From assembly GCA_052327205.1 (NCBI GenBank), contig CM126211.1:8990001-9054000 (forward strand): 64,000 nt of DNA, in the 5' to 3' direction. A program made the position numbers and the translations under genes. The notes beneath the pieces were generated by a model that was given only the letters and a program-made list of their open reading frames with translations, was not told the DNA's origin and did not search any database. Positions 1 through 14,356 of the stretch are shown here, one piece after another. Positions within the stretch are counted from its first letter, which is position 1; each line of letters starts with the position of its first letter. The stretch is from Somniosus microcephalus (Eukaryota).

Positions 1-2567
1 TGGAATAATGCGGTGGCCAGAAGCGCCTTCCAGTTCTTCGCCAGCCTGGTTGCTTTGGTTTACTGTAAATATTTAGCATTGTGAACTACTGCAGCTCTGA
101 ATCAGGGCCTGAATCCCACAGGCTGGTCATAAACTAGCACTTGGACTGCGGCTGGTGTTGGGCCTGGCGGTTCGTTCGGAGGTTCTGCCCCCTCCCCCCT
201 CCCGCCCCCCCCCAAGCTGTATGTTCGGAGAGAGACATCTTGACAGTCTTTGACTGCCGTGTTGGATTTTTTGCGTGAGCTGGGATCTGGATAGCACTAC
301 TTGACTGATAAGAACGACTTCGCCCTCAAACATAACCTCGTTCAGGACTTCGCGAGTAAACAGAAGCCACTTGAATCTGACAGCGCACCCCTGTCATTCT
401 GAACCTGTGCAGTCTGGTGGTCATATTTCCTTGTGGTCCGAGAAATCGTCCTATTTAAGTTGCATTGTTTAGACCATATTTTGTTTGTATGAATCAATAC
501 AAAGCAGGGAGACAGTAGAATTTCCTCTTATAAGGACCTGGCTTTCATAACATCAGTGACTTAGTTTGAGCAACACACACAAACTAGCCCATTCTAATGG
601 ATGTCTCAAACACAACACAAACTCTCAGCAAACCCCAGGGTAACACAACTTTTGCGCTTGAACCCTTAGAGTCCCCAATCTTATCAATTCTGCACCCTGA
701 CACTAATAGGGGGGCAACACATATTCATTCTAACACGCCGAATGTAATTTTTTTAAACCACAGAATTATGGTAATTAACTTTTCAAACACACTTGGCTCA
801 CATCACCATTATTGTGCGTGTTTATGCCTGGGGTTACATTTACATAGATCTGTGTATATATAGATTCCCCCCCAAACACAGTTACTGAAATGCAATCGAG
901 AATCTAGTTCCAGCAACGCAGTTGGGTTAATGGGGCGATCTTGGTGCTGCCCCGACACTTGAAGAGAATTTTAGCTACACCGGTTCCATGGGTTGGAATA
1001 GACACCGAGCTGAGGAGCAGCACTCCCTTCCCAGCTTGACTGAAGTGAAGAAAGACATTCTGCTACCCTGTGTGGCGCCGATTACCATTTTTTAAAACTC
1101 TATCACGCATTTTAATATAAAAACATATTATGCGAGCAGTTAACGTCCCCGGCCCTCCCTGCACTCGTGTGCACTGTGGACACTGTTCAAAAAGTTAACA
1201 AATGGCCATTTTACAGCGTTGCAGTTTGCAACCAGAAAAAAAAGGCCGTTAAAAGACACGAGGAAACAGGGGTGTTTGTTACCCTGATGAGTCGCACTCT
1301 CCTCATTTATAATCCGTGCTTTAGAATGTGGTGCTGGAGAGATATAAGGCGTCAGTTTGAATAAAGCTGAAGTTATAAAACGGTCCCTGTCTTTCCACAC
1401 TCCTCCTGAGCAGAGATGGAGGATCCGGATCTATCCCTTCACATTGTGTTCCTTACCAACAGAGCTGGAATACCAGTCCCCAGTTCGACTCCCCACCCCA
1501 CCCCCATGTTTTTTTTAAAAACTTGTGCAACATATTCTTTAGATAAAATCTGTAATCAGAGCAGTCATGGGCCATTTGTTTTAACATTTAAACAACAAAT
1601 TAAGAAGGCATTAAACGGATAGGTGTAACCCTATCTGTTTATACCGTGTGACAGCACACTATAAATCAGTGAAAACAATTAAGTAAAGCATACGTCAATA
1701 AACATTCTCCAAGGGATAATATCTGTCTGCAACAATAAATTCTGACCAGGTTGCCTTATTTCGCCAGGAACTAAAACGATATAGTGGAGACCTGTAGTAA
1801 ACTTTGTTCAAGTTGGATAGTGCGCACCCTCGGGGGATCTCTGTGCTAGTGAATGCTCGTGCGGCGTAGTTACTGCGGGTGGGTCACAAAAATCTTCATT
1901 TTTCTAATTATTAAGCCAAACAATGGCATGCTGTATCGATATCGTTTCTCTCAGAGAGCCTTAAATAACATATTTTAACAACAACATGTACCCGGTCGGT
2001 TTGCAAGCTCGATTCGCTGCCTTGCTCCCAAACCTTCTACAACACCACGCTGAACTCCTTCCAACCTAATTTATCATTCTTGTCTTTCCCTCTCATCCCC
2101 GAGAATTCTTAATTTTTTTAAGTTGGGTTGAAATGTCTGCCTTTAATAGGAGACTTCGTTTCCGAAAACCAGTCCCGAGAGCCCCTCCAATAATCGCGCT
2201 GTTGGCTTCATTTTACATTTTGGGACATTTTGACTGGAAATTCCCCGACAGGAAACAAAGGGACGCCGCAGCTTTCACCCCGTTTGGAAACGACCCCTTG
2301 CCTGTTTGCTTACATCCTAGATCTCCAGAATCTTTCAAAAATGAAACCGAGTTGCTTTAATTTCGCCCCCTAGCTAGAATTTGTGATTATATAAAGGAGA
2401 TAGTTTAAGAGCGTGTTTGTGAGATGTAAAACGATACTCGTTGGATTCGCATTTCAGAAAAAAATATATACTTTGGCTTAATTTAATAGTACTTTGCCCG
2501 AGATATGAGCGAGATGTACTTGTTGAGGGACTTAGGAACAAGGTGAAAACTGTTTAGAAACACCAAC

Positions 2568-3582
2568 CTGTGTGAGTCCTTTTGTGTATCTTCAAGTTTT
2601 CAGAGCGGGCGAATACTTTGCCGCAGCCTGGGAAGGGGCAGGGGAAAGGTTTCTCGCCGGTGTGAACCCTGATGTGATTTACCAGTTTGTATTTCGCCTT
2701 AAACGGTTTCCCTTCTCTGGGACATTCCTCCCAGTAGCAAATGTGAACGCTCTGCTCGGGTCCTCCGACATGCTCCACCGTGACATGGTTTACCAGTTCA
2801 TGCATGGTGCTGAAAGTTTTCGAGCAGGGTTTCTTTGAAGTCTCCTCTTGGTCAATCCACTTGCAGATTAACTCTTGCTTGATGGGCTGTCTCATGTACC
2901 TAAAGAATGCACCGGCGCCGGGGTGTGCCGCTGCCAGGTTAACGTTTAAGTTCACGGAGTTGTAACTGTGCAGGGAAGAAGCCGGGTAGTGATCTGCTCC
3001 GTGTCTGAAATGCTCTGGCCTGTAGATGTCCCCTGGTAACCCCAAGCGCATCTGTCCATTTAAAGTGTGGTGGGATCCCGGTGCAGACTGTTCGTGGAGC
3101 CCCGGGAAGACCTCCGAGTGTCCATAGTTACCTGCTGTGGACAGGAACATGCCGTGGTGATGGTGGTGATGGTGGTGGTGGGAGGAAGAAGAGGGGTGCT
3201 GCTCGCTCAGTCCATGCATGGCAGATGCTGAGAGATCTCTCCTGAGGATGTAGTCCCTGCCGCTCGCGTAGCCTGAATGGGGATGACCCGCTGGGTAGCT
3301 GACCGAATTCTGTGCCGAGCCGAAAATCGCCGCTGTCTGCGCTTCGGGGTGTCCAGCCATGTGTTGAGATGGACTGAGTTTGAGAGCAGTGGACTGAGCC
3401 ATGTGCTCGGGCCCAAAGGGGGTGAGAGCCACGCTGGGATCGTTGCTCAGCTCCCCAGGGTGGATGTGTGTATGGCTACCCAACCCCGGGAAGCCTGACA
3501 TAGTCTGATGGGGATGGGGTTGAGTTGCTGCCAAATCCGCTAATCTAAGTGCCGGATTCCGCTTGCTTAGCGCGGCTTCCAT
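2568..3582 (-). CDS. ZIC5: Zic5-like zinc-finger transcription factor, coding exon 1 (later exon(s) left of window); orthology to canonical Zic5 uncertain
   Basis: ATG at 3582 gives [21 protein letters not shown]..., Zic5-type N-terminus ([22 protein letters not shown]), ZF-NC motif [19 protein letters not shown] and C2H2 fingers 1-3, ending at the conserved phase-1 donor HTG|GT (GT at 2567-2566). No ZF4-5 exon recognised in 1-2567. Confidence 0.9.
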
Positions 3583-3764
3583 AACTACACAAGTCAGTCC
3601 ATCCACACTAGTTGATGGCACAGTTTTTTTTTTGCCTCTTCCCCCCACCCCCCACCCCACCCGCCCGCCCCCCAAATCAAAACCTGAAAATATATTATTG
3701 AGCGCAGTCAAAAGTATTTTTTTTAAAGCACTCTTAACTCTGCCTTTCTCACTCTGTCCTCAAG

Positions 3765-3860
3765 CGATTGGCAGAACACAGAGCAGTTAGGCGACACAGT
3801 GGGGAAATATAGTTCAGAGATGGCGGGGCCGGGATTGGAGAGTTTGGGCTGATTGGCAGA
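3765..3860 (-). promoter_or_regulatory. Candidate proximal promoter of the Zic5-like gene
   Basis: Three CCAAT boxes on the minus strand (ATTGG at 3767, 3834, 3852), GC box GGCGGGGC at 3822 and a YY1-like AGATGGCGG, all 185-275 nt upstream of the ATG. Confidence 0.55.
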
Positions 3861-6800
3861 TGCACCGTTCAGGCAATTCGCCCGTTTTCAGCCGAGAACG
3901 CAGCGGGATCCTCCCCCTCCTGCCCGCAATTCCCACAATGTTGCTCTGCTCAAGTTTTGACTGCGAAACTTAAGGAAACCAGGGACTTGCTTCCACCACC
4001 CACCACACCCCCCCCCCCCTCTCCTCCTCCCCTCACCCCCCCCCCCCACCCACCTCATATGGCATGAAAACTCCATAACTGGGCCCTTAAAGAATTGCAA
4101 TGAGATTTCCCCCTCCCACCCTCCTTCGTAGGATTTAAGCATTTTATGTAGGAATGCTTACAATCTTTAAATTCGCTTCTTAGTTAGAAAGCATTGGTGA
4201 CACATCACATGTGCGAATAGCGGTTTGCTTACAGGACTTTTAAATAATTTTAAAAGGGAATTTATAAACTGTTTCTACAATTCTAACGTAAATATGACCG
4301 AAGTCGTGTTATATTATTAGTAGTTTACACAGTGTTCTGTCAATTTTAAACTCAGACTTGCAATAATCATAATTATGCTGTATTGATGTAAATATATCAT
4401 TATTACTGTTGATTTTAGAGCACATGACTATAAATTGCGAATAACAATTTTATAGATCAGATAGGAGAATTATGTTTTGTGCGAGCAATAATTGAAACAT
4501 TATGCGCCTGTAAAACGTATGCGCCTTCACAACTAAAGCTGAGGGGTTTGGGGAATATTTGTACAAAGTGTTTCAGTGCGACATTACACATAAATAATGT
4601 AAATGATCGGCAAGATTTCTCAAATTTGATTCTCTCTTTTACAATCTGTACTTTAAATCCATATTCGTGCATCGAATCGCACACAGATGAACGCTGTGCA
4701 AATATTTAAACCGACGAGAGGAGGGACGATGTGCCAACATATTCCAGTGTGCCTTGCAGTTGAAAAGTGGACTGGGCTGGAAGTGTATAAATGTGGCATG
4801 ACAGGATGCTCTGTTTTTTTTAAATCTTGCTTTAAAATATGAAAGTAAAGGTAATATATAAGATCATAACACCAGACTTCACAGGGAATATGTTACTATG
4901 ATGTGTGTGTTGTTTTGAGGTTTAATGCATTAATGTCAATGCTTCAATCTACCCAAACCCAACTAAGTCGACATTCTCTCTTGTATCATAAACTACTCTG
5001 CCTAACATTGCCCTTGCCGTCGACATCTCTCACTACATCTCCTTACCAGGGATCCAAGTGTCACTTTTTCTGATTTACATTTTTAAAAATTTATTTTAAG
5101 TCATCTATAAATTTTGGAGATTGTCGTTTTTAACATCGAGACACATACTATGTAAACATGTGTGGGATTGTGAATAGTTAGAATGATAAATTGCCAGTGA
5201 ACTACAATACGATTAGATCGTTTGACTGAAATATGATGTAACATTCAGCCCAGATGAACCGTAGATTGTTATATAACGACAGATCAATCGTTCTGAAAGG
5301 TTTACGAAACGCAACACAAAATTCATTACAGAAAATAATCTTTTATTTGACGGAAGGCTCAGTTTGTCGAAAAAACATTGCTATATTAAACTATTATATT
5401 TCGATATAGAGAAACAGGAATCAAGTTGCAGTTCTTGATTTTCAACGCCAAATGATTAACGTGAACTTGTAGACTTCAATACTGTGGATTCGGTAAATGG
5501 GATTAAATATTAATTATAGCATCAAAATAAATGTATACGAAATATAAAATATATACATAAACGCCATTATGAACGGTTCTCTTGTTTAATGTACCTTTCT
5601 GCTTGTGATACTTAATGTGTATGAACCTACCTGAGCAATTCATACGCAGTTAGTTGACTTACAATTGCGAAGAAATAAGGTGATTAGAAATAACCGGATA
5701 CAGACAGATCAAAATAGCACTACTTTTACAAAGCTAAACCATTAAATAGAGTTAAGACACATTTATTTATGATTGTTGCGTATGTATTTCTTATATATTC
5801 AGTATGTGTGGATATTTCATACCACTCCCAAATCTTTCTTAATATTTCTATAAAAGTCAATTCGAATTTGAACAGGAAAGAAAAACACGATGTCTGAAGG
5901 GATTAGATACAATCCGGTTTATTACCCGACAGTCTTGTCATACTTATAATAAGCAACTCTGATTCTCCATGTAATCTTCGAGAATTGCAATATGTATACA
6001 ATCTTCTGACCGCTCGCTTTATTAACTTAACGTTTGAACCATGCAGTATATTCTTGTGATTCTACTACAGATATCTAGCTAGACAATATTTCCAGATAGT
6101 TCGTACATATGCTCATTATTATTGTGTGGCATTTTATTATTAATAATCTTGGCACTGTTACCTGTTTGAATCTTTTACAGTATATTTTACAGTATATAAG
6201 ACACATCATAGGTTTAGTGTGTGTGTTGTACATATGTGTAGGTACATTGAGTTCACAGTATTATGCTGCTTCGAATTTTAACCATTTTTTAAAAATCGTC
6301 TGCATGTGTTATCTTTCTTCATAAGTTTCCATTTGCTGCACCATCCCACGCCTGGCTAGGTGCTTGCCCTTCAAACATCCTTTGCGAACATCAGGTATTT
6401 GTATCGCCTCAACCCTCCTGCAGAACATGTGACGAACACAAAAAAAATCAAGCAATCCAAATTTGCATCACTAACGACAGCAAATACATTTACACAATTC
6501 AAAAGTTTTGGTAAACATTATTTAGGAAACAATAGAACAATTGACCGAACTGCGAACAGGCGCCTCTGACATTTTGTTGTGAGGCAGTTTGGTTTCCTAC
6601 TATAAACCAGCCGAGCAGAACCGATTGCCACACCTTTAGTACCTGCAGAATGACTGCATGTCAATAAGCCAGTCTCTAACACAATTCATTTTATGGGAAT
6701 GTAACAGAAAAAGGTGATACCTGATTAGTTATGTGCATTGTTCCATCTTTAATTCCAATTGTCTGAATTAAGAATACTGAGTGATATATTTTCAAAAATG

Positions 6801-9800
6801 TTTGATTGGAATAGTATTTGCAAATTGCAATGTTTCATATTGTCCTTAAGCTTCATACTAAATCAAGTTATGTCATTCCATGGGATCCTCTGTGGTAATA
6901 TTTTTTTTATCACATATCAAACACTGGGCTATGAATTGTATGAGAATTTGGCGTACGAGGATTCTTTCTCACTGCAATATGAACACCCCCCTCCCCCCAA
7001 AAAACAACAGGAAAATATAATTTAATCAGTTCCCTTTCGAGAAGCCTCTTAAAAGCAGTACACAAGCTTCCTAGAAAGTTTCCCTGCCACAAGTGCTTGC
7101 TACCTGCTATTAAATAAATGTCACTCTCCTGTTTCTTTTTTCCCCATTAAAAGTTAGTCCCGTATTATTGATTACAAAAAAAAACGAAGCTTGATGATTT
7201 GAGTAGCCGGAGGTACGCTGGTGGTACTTGTAAGGGGTACACGCGTTTCTGTGTAACTGTCCTTGATCAACTCAGCATGATGTGTATCTGTCATCGATTA
7301 ATATGTCTTAATATATACTTACTTCTGTGATCGATTTATTTATTCCCCCTTGTTTGTCTGAAGATTGTTACAAAATGTCACAGAGAAATAAAGTCCCGAC
7401 TATTTGTAAAACTCTAATGCTCCAATTGATTTTAATAGATTATAAACAAAGCAAAAAACTGAACACTTTATTAGGCCCAACCAACACCCTTGAGAAAGTT
7501 CCCTTCCTTTGGTAAAACACTCCAGCTACTTGTAAATTAGGATTATGTTCACAATGCGATCAGTGTGAAACGCATTTCAGAAATAGCAAATATCTGGCAC
7601 TAATTTCCTCCTTCTGAGCTGCTGTCGCCCAGTGTTGCTCCTGTCCGTTCATTCTAAAGCAGCAAGCTAAATACTCATTAAACACTGTGCTTGCGTTATA
7701 ATTATAATGAATTGGTTTCCTGTTTCTGTTTTTCCAGGCTTGGTTATTTTTAAGGAAATTGCTTCCGATTTCCCGGTGTTTTATTATCTCTTATTACTCT
7801 TTCAAAGCACAATTGTATTTCCAGTTCAAAATTCTAATTTTAGGTTTGCGTTATATCTGGTAGGATACCTGCAACTGCTCAAAAAGACGTCAAATTATCA
7901 AGTAGGCTAGCACCACTGTGAAAGAGAAACAACATAATGCGAATTTTAAGAGTATAAGTAAATATTGTGAACTGATATAGTGGAACTATAAAGTGGAATA
8001 TTAATGCAGCTTGGGTAAATTAAATGATGCGAAACATGGGGCTCAAATTAAGGAAACAGAAGTCTGTATTATATCGTCTTAACAATGAAGAAGAGGAATA
8101 GTGTTAAGGCGTCAAGTAACCAAGTATGGGAGACAGTGAATGTAAAAAGGTGAAAACCAAGGGAACATTTGGAAACGAGGTGTTGGATGGTACAGAACAA
8201 CGAAAGAGAATGCAAGATATTCGATGAATGTGAACAAGGGGAAGTCGAAGTTCACGGAAAACACAAATATACTAATCAATAAACAAGGTGGGTATGATGG
8301 CTGGCAAATGTCACTTTCAGGAGAGAACTATATATGTTACTTTGCACCGCTAGTATGGAGATAAATGCAGGTAGGTGAAATGCAATCGTGTACAGCCTTC
8401 TGAATGCTTCGTGGTGTGTGTTAGTATTTGTCTTCCTTCCAATTCTAGTAATCGCTGGTGGTAACCCACAAAAACTTGCCTACAAAGCCAATGTTGTCTG
8501 TCAATGGCCACATCATACAAGCCATGTCCTTATAGCAATCCGCCGCTCCATCACCTCATGTCTTGTAAGGCTGGATTCACATAAAATCCCCATACGGTTG
8601 ATTGCACGCCCTTAATTATTGAACAGATACATGTCTCTTTTCAATGGATGGGGTAATTAATAGACTATCAGTAAACTGAATTCAACACTTCCTGGCGGTT
8701 TAACACTGTTTGTTTATAATGTGTTTCTACTTATTCAAGCCAGTATGAAAGAGCGCGAATAGAGGTATTGTATTCGTGTCTTTTTCTGATAGTCACACAC
8801 CCAAACAGATCAAGTTATGCAGATACATAATGAGCAAACTTGGGAGTTTCACATCTTCAGTCGGCGTTGGCAATATATATATAATATATATTTAATTTAA
8901 AGCAACGCTGTTCTTCGCAAAATTCTGCATTTTGGGTTGGTGCCACACACCTCCAAGATAAAAACAATTGCATCCTTATTGCACCGTTCAACAGAGGCGG
9001 GTTTTGCTTTCTGTAGTTGTTGATTATTTCTTTAGGTTTATTTTTTTTAAACTGCGTCATTTGTCTGGTGAAAATGTTGGCAATGATTTCGCAATTCATG
9101 TTGCATATCAAAGGCACAATATTCTCCAAACGTTCTAATACTCGGCAACACACGTGTACACGGTCTTAAGGTGCAAGTTAAGATCATATTTTCCTTCAAA
9201 TTAGATATTTTCGTCCATGTAATTTTATGTTTAAAAGTTCTTACCAGAAACACTAGTGAGAGATGTGTCTTTATGATTTACAAATTATTCCAAAAGGTTG
9301 GCAGATTGCAACATTACTTTTCACATCATTCCATTTACATTTTGATAAATGTTGTATTGTAATTATTTCATTTTTAGAGCACCAGTCATTAAAAAGCACC
9401 AAACCTTGTTAATTTGCCCTTAGTGTCATAACGTTTGCTGAGGTCAGGGTTATAGATGTATTTTACAAACCCATTATTTTATTGGTTGATTTCAGTCATT
9501 CGTCATATTTTTCTATCTCTTCCTTGCTTGTCAAGCTCCTTCCTCTGCTTTATCCTTCATTCGTAAATAATGATCTATTGATAACAAGGACTTAAACTGT
9601 TGTAAGAAAAAAAACATTACTGCCCACGCTTGCTGCGTGCCACCCTACCTTAGCACAGTGGTCATATTCCTCGTGTGAATTTAATCGAGGTACTGATAAA
9701 CAAGGAAGTGCAGAACACCCACAGACTACAACCGAAATAAATTACACTACTAATGTGTTTAAAAACGCGACCGACTTTACAAGGGTTAACTGCAGATATA

Positions 9801-12800
9801 ATTTATGGAATAACCATCATAGGTCGTCAACTCGTAAACTGATAACACATGTCACTTTCGTTTGTCTTTTCTTTAACATGCCATCGTAAAATGTTTTTGG
9901 AAGCGCTTTGCGAAAGGACCAGCAAGCGTTAATACTCGCTCATTGTAAATGCATCGCTGTGATGCACATGTGTATATCAAAGGATGGGTGCGGTAAGCAA
10001 CAGGCCGTAACTGTTCACGTTGTACGGTATCAAAAATAGTCTTTAAAAGTATTACACCTATATAGAAGGGGTGGGTTTGTTCTGTTCATTGTTAAATACA
10101 TACAATTCACACGGGCAGCTCTTAGTTGACTTTAGCTGAACATAAAATTAGCTTGGGTTCAGATTCGCTGGATTCCACAGTTTCCAGCCATTAATATTAA
10201 CATGTGGGGCAGTATTTCACAAACAAGTGAGTGGACTCATTCAGCTGTGTTCTTAGAACCCTCCCACAGACTAACAGAGCCATGCATACAGTAATTCTAC
10301 CCTTTTTGAAGAATGGATTAAATTAACTACACTGCATTTGTTCAAGGTTGTCTGTGTTTTTCCATCACAGTATCCAAAAAATACACCATCTCCTTGTGCC
10401 TAGTGAGCAAATTCGCACAATAATTTATATATTGTGTGTAGCATTTTGCGACTTTTGTGTCATGAGACCTGCATCGCCAGATCAGAATGTACATTCATAT
10501 TAAGAAACGCTCAATAAATGAATTTATGTCGAAGTAACGAGAAAGGGTTACATTAGTATTAACAATAAATATCCTGTAGTTTGATGTACAATTTTCCATA
10601 AATTATGATTGCACGAAACAAGTCTGTTTTTATTGATTTGTTTTAAAGGGAGGAGTACACATATGCTTTACCGTGGGCCTTAGGTCGTGTCAAATTAAGC
10701 AAAATCAAAGGTAATTTGTAACGGAATAGTCATTTGATTAACTCCATTGGATTCAAGATCTTGATTGATACAGATAACAACGCTTGGTAACTTTTCCTCG
10801 TGCAAAAAAATGTGAGCTTGGGAGTTTTACCAACAGTCCTTAAATCCACTACAACCTGAACAAAATACAATTATAAACAAATCATTAAGGTGTCGCAGTC
10901 AAATTAAATAACACTGGATCCCACTCTATATTGATATAGAGAATAGCTGTAGACAGTACTGAGAATACAGTAATGTTTATTGCACGATAATGTACAGACA
11001 AATGGTGTACTAATTGTATTGTTCATGTGCAATTTCCACATATACCTTTGTTGCCTTCACGCGATTTTTATAAAAAGCCATAAGGACACCTTCGGTAAAT
11101 AATGTATAATTCATTCCCTAACTCACTTTCCGCTAAAAATAATAACAAAAAGCATGACATTCAATTATTCCTTGCGACCAGTAACCTGGCAGTTTGCACT
11201 GAATTCTAGATGCCGTTTATCCAAAGAATGAATAAAAAGCAATGTTGTTTTTGTTCTCTCCCCACCCCCCTTTGATTTCTGCCTTGCCCTTACTGAAATG
11301 CTCTCCAATAAGTATATTTAAGAAGGGACATTTTTGTTGTGCTGCAGCGATTTTCAAAACTAACAAGACTGCAACCGACCGCCTGAACAGAATGCTTTAA
11401 ACATTCTGCAGTCAGCACAGGGATATTGTCGAGTAGTTAGTCCCTGTAAAAGTTCTATCTATATCCCGGCGCCCCACCCCCCCTCCCCCCAAAAATATCT
11501 TACACAGAAACTTGTCATGAATATGGCTTTGATTTCTCCGACGTGCTATGACTAACTTTATTCAAAATAGATTGAAATATGTGACAAGATTGAGATAGAT
11601 GAAAGAGGATATTGTATGGGTTGCATTGTTGGCAGTTATTAAAACAAGCCTGCAGGCTAACAAAAGAAGTGCTGTCGCCATAAAGAACAGTGCAGATTCT
11701 GGATTTGGATAAGTGGATAAAGACATTCTTCTCAGCCTCAGAGCACCATCTCTCATATAGTAAGTTCATTGCTTACCTCCTCAAACCTGTTGAAGTACTA
11801 TTACATGAATAGATTAGCAGCCGCTGGCCTTTCTCACTGTCCAGTTTTCAGCTCCTGTCTGCATTTCTGCTACAATGGTACTGAAATGCAATTGATTTTT
11901 TGCATTTCTTTCTCTCTCTCTCTCGCACAACCCCGGTGACCAAGGACAGAGTTTTTTTTGGGTGTGTGGGGGGAGGAGGGGGTGGGGGGAGATGTGGGGG
12001 TGGGTGCGGTTTGCAGAGAAAAAATACAGCTCTGTAGAGAAGTCGGCAAACGTGACTTTGAACTTGGATCAGCTCCTGTAGTTCCTATAGAGTAGCCCTG
12101 GAGAAGTGAAAGAATAGCAGTGAGCACGCTGCTGTGCTGCCTTAGACAGGAATGAGAGAATTAAAACAACACCGTAACTTTTTTCTTGGTTTAAAAAAAA
12201 CCCCCAGATGATCAGTGAAAACAGTCAGAAGGATATTACATGAATGTGTGATAGGATCGACACAGGGTTCTAAAACGAACACCAAACGTCATACCTTATT
12301 TGTACATAAATTACAATGATTGTTTTGTTTATTTCACCCCCCCCCCAACAAAAAAAACCACCTTTCGGTGTGAGTTAAATTCTATACGTTTTGTTCATCA
12401 CAGAGTAGGTGATGACATTTCTGAAAAATGCGGGGTCAGTACACAGTAGCCGAAGAACAGATTTTGTAATTAACTGTGGGTGATTTAGTAGAACGGGATT
12501 GTTTCCGTTCGGTTGGGTTGGGTTTCTGTTTCCAGACCTGCCCTTCAATACCAGCTCTGCCCTAAACAGAACAGATCCGGCACCACTTGTCCCCTTTCGC
12601 GAAGAGCAATTGGTAACAAGTGAAATCATCGCGCATTTTAGTTCATGACAATAAGAAAATTAAGGGATCCTTTTTTTTGGTAAAAGTGAACCAACTCTCT
12701 TGGCATTAATAAACAGTTGTATTTCGAGTCCCTCCTTATTTAAATGTACCTTTCAAAACCGTTTGCCAAAAAAATCGAATTTAAGCAGAAAAAAAGACAG

Positions 12801-13319
12801 TTTTTATTGCAGAAAACATGGTGTGCAATTTAGTAGGTGGTAAATCAGATTAAACCCTCCTTTATTTCTGGCACAAACCCTTCTAGGCAAAGTCTGTGTG
12901 TAAGAAGGAAAGGAGGCTCGAGTCTTTGCACACAAGTGAAATCTGATCAGAAGCGGACTTGTCTGTTTCGCTGATGTAATATCTCAAACCTTTGGATGGA
13001 ATTCATTTGACAAGTTTCTTGGAAAAAAAAAGTTGCCTGATTTGCATCATGTTACATACTTACATGTAAAAGGCACCAATTAAACAGAGGGGGGAGGAAA
13101 GGCGTGTTGTGGACATTGGATTCCAGCCCCCCACCCCACACACACACACACACACCACCTCCCACTATTTGATCGTAAGTCATTATAACGGATTTCGATT
13201 AACTTTTATTGGTTGGCAGTGAGAACATGATGCTGCTACCTACACGGATATATTGGCGAGGAGAGGAGTGGCGCAATAATGGCCGAGCTGGGGGGGGGGG
13301 GGGAAACAAATCAAAAAGT

Positions 13320-13500
13320 AGGCGTAATTAATGAAAAATGGCGACCCGTTTGGAGCAGGTTACCTGGGATGGATGAGGAGGAGCTGTCCAATGAAAAGCC
13401 ATTAGAAAGTGGCCGCTGTCCTGTTTAAAAGGGGTGTTGGGAGAGGCGCCGCCACTCCAGTCAGCCGTTGCACTCGGCATCATATGATAGGAGCGGGACC
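13320..13500 (+). promoter_or_regulatory. Candidate proximal promoter of the Zic2-like gene
   Basis: YY1-like AAAATGGCG (13335-13343), CCAAT (13388-13392) and TATA-like TTTAAAA (13424-13430) in a GC/CpG-richer patch ~1 kb upstream of the ATG. Confidence 0.55.
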
Positions 13501-14009
13501 AGCTTAAGATCCCCCCACCCCCCACCCCCCCATCTCTCCAACCCCTCCTCCCCACACATTCATCCCGAGGATGCTCTTATCTCTACTCCTGGTTTATCTG
13601 CCTTTCTGATTACCGCTATCACTGGCAACACTGCATCTACTGAGAGAGAGAAGCAGACAGACAGACAGAGAGAGAGAGAGAGAGAAGCAAGAGAGGCTTC
13701 AAAGAAGACGGTTTCTCCGTGGGAATTCGTGCTGCAGTGAGAAAAAAAACAACTTCTACGTGATCGCCATAAAAACTGTTTCAGAGGACAAAAAAAAGGA
13801 CAGCCCCAAAGTTGTACGCGATAATTTGGCTCGATCTATTTGTCATCGCTTCGTTTTTGTTTTCGAAGAAAGAAGCTGTTAACCGGGAAAGGTGAATCGT
13901 TTGGTGTCGATCTGTTGAATTTCTGGACTGTTTCGTTCTTTGAGACATCGAGCACCACCCATAACAACAACAACAACAAGAAGGCGTCTCTCAAGTTGCT
14001 GCTGGATCC

Positions 14010-14356
14010 GTGTGTGTGTGTGTTGGGGTTTCAGTGAGTGTGTGTGTGTGTTTTTGTGTGTTTTGGGGTTCCGGTGTGTTTTGGGGTTCCGGTGTGTTTT
14101 GGGGTGTGTGTGTGTTGGGGTTTCAGTGAGTGTGTGTGTGTGTGTGTTTTGGGGTTCCGGTGTGTGTGTGTTTTTGTGTGGTTTGGGGTTCCGGTGTGTT
14201 TTGGGGGGTGTGGTGGGTGTGTGTGTTTTGGGGTGAGTGTGTTTTGGGGTGAGTGTGTGCGGTTTTGTGTGTTTTGGGGTTCCAGTGTGTTTTGGGGTGA
14301 GTGTGTTTGTGTGTTTTGGGTGTCTGTTTTGGGGGGTGGGTGGGTGGGGGGGGGGG
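14010..14356 (+). repeat. GT-rich compound tandem repeat (GTGTTTTGGGG-type units mixed with (GT)n)
   Basis: Repeated gtgttttgggg(ttccg) units directly upstream of the Zic2-like ATG. Confidence 0.9.

Noticed and set aside
2554-2567. C-terminal 'WCF-stop' suggesting a truncated three-finger Zic
   Set aside because: Read-through into the intron at the conserved Zic phase-1 donor; exon 2 is expected left of the window.
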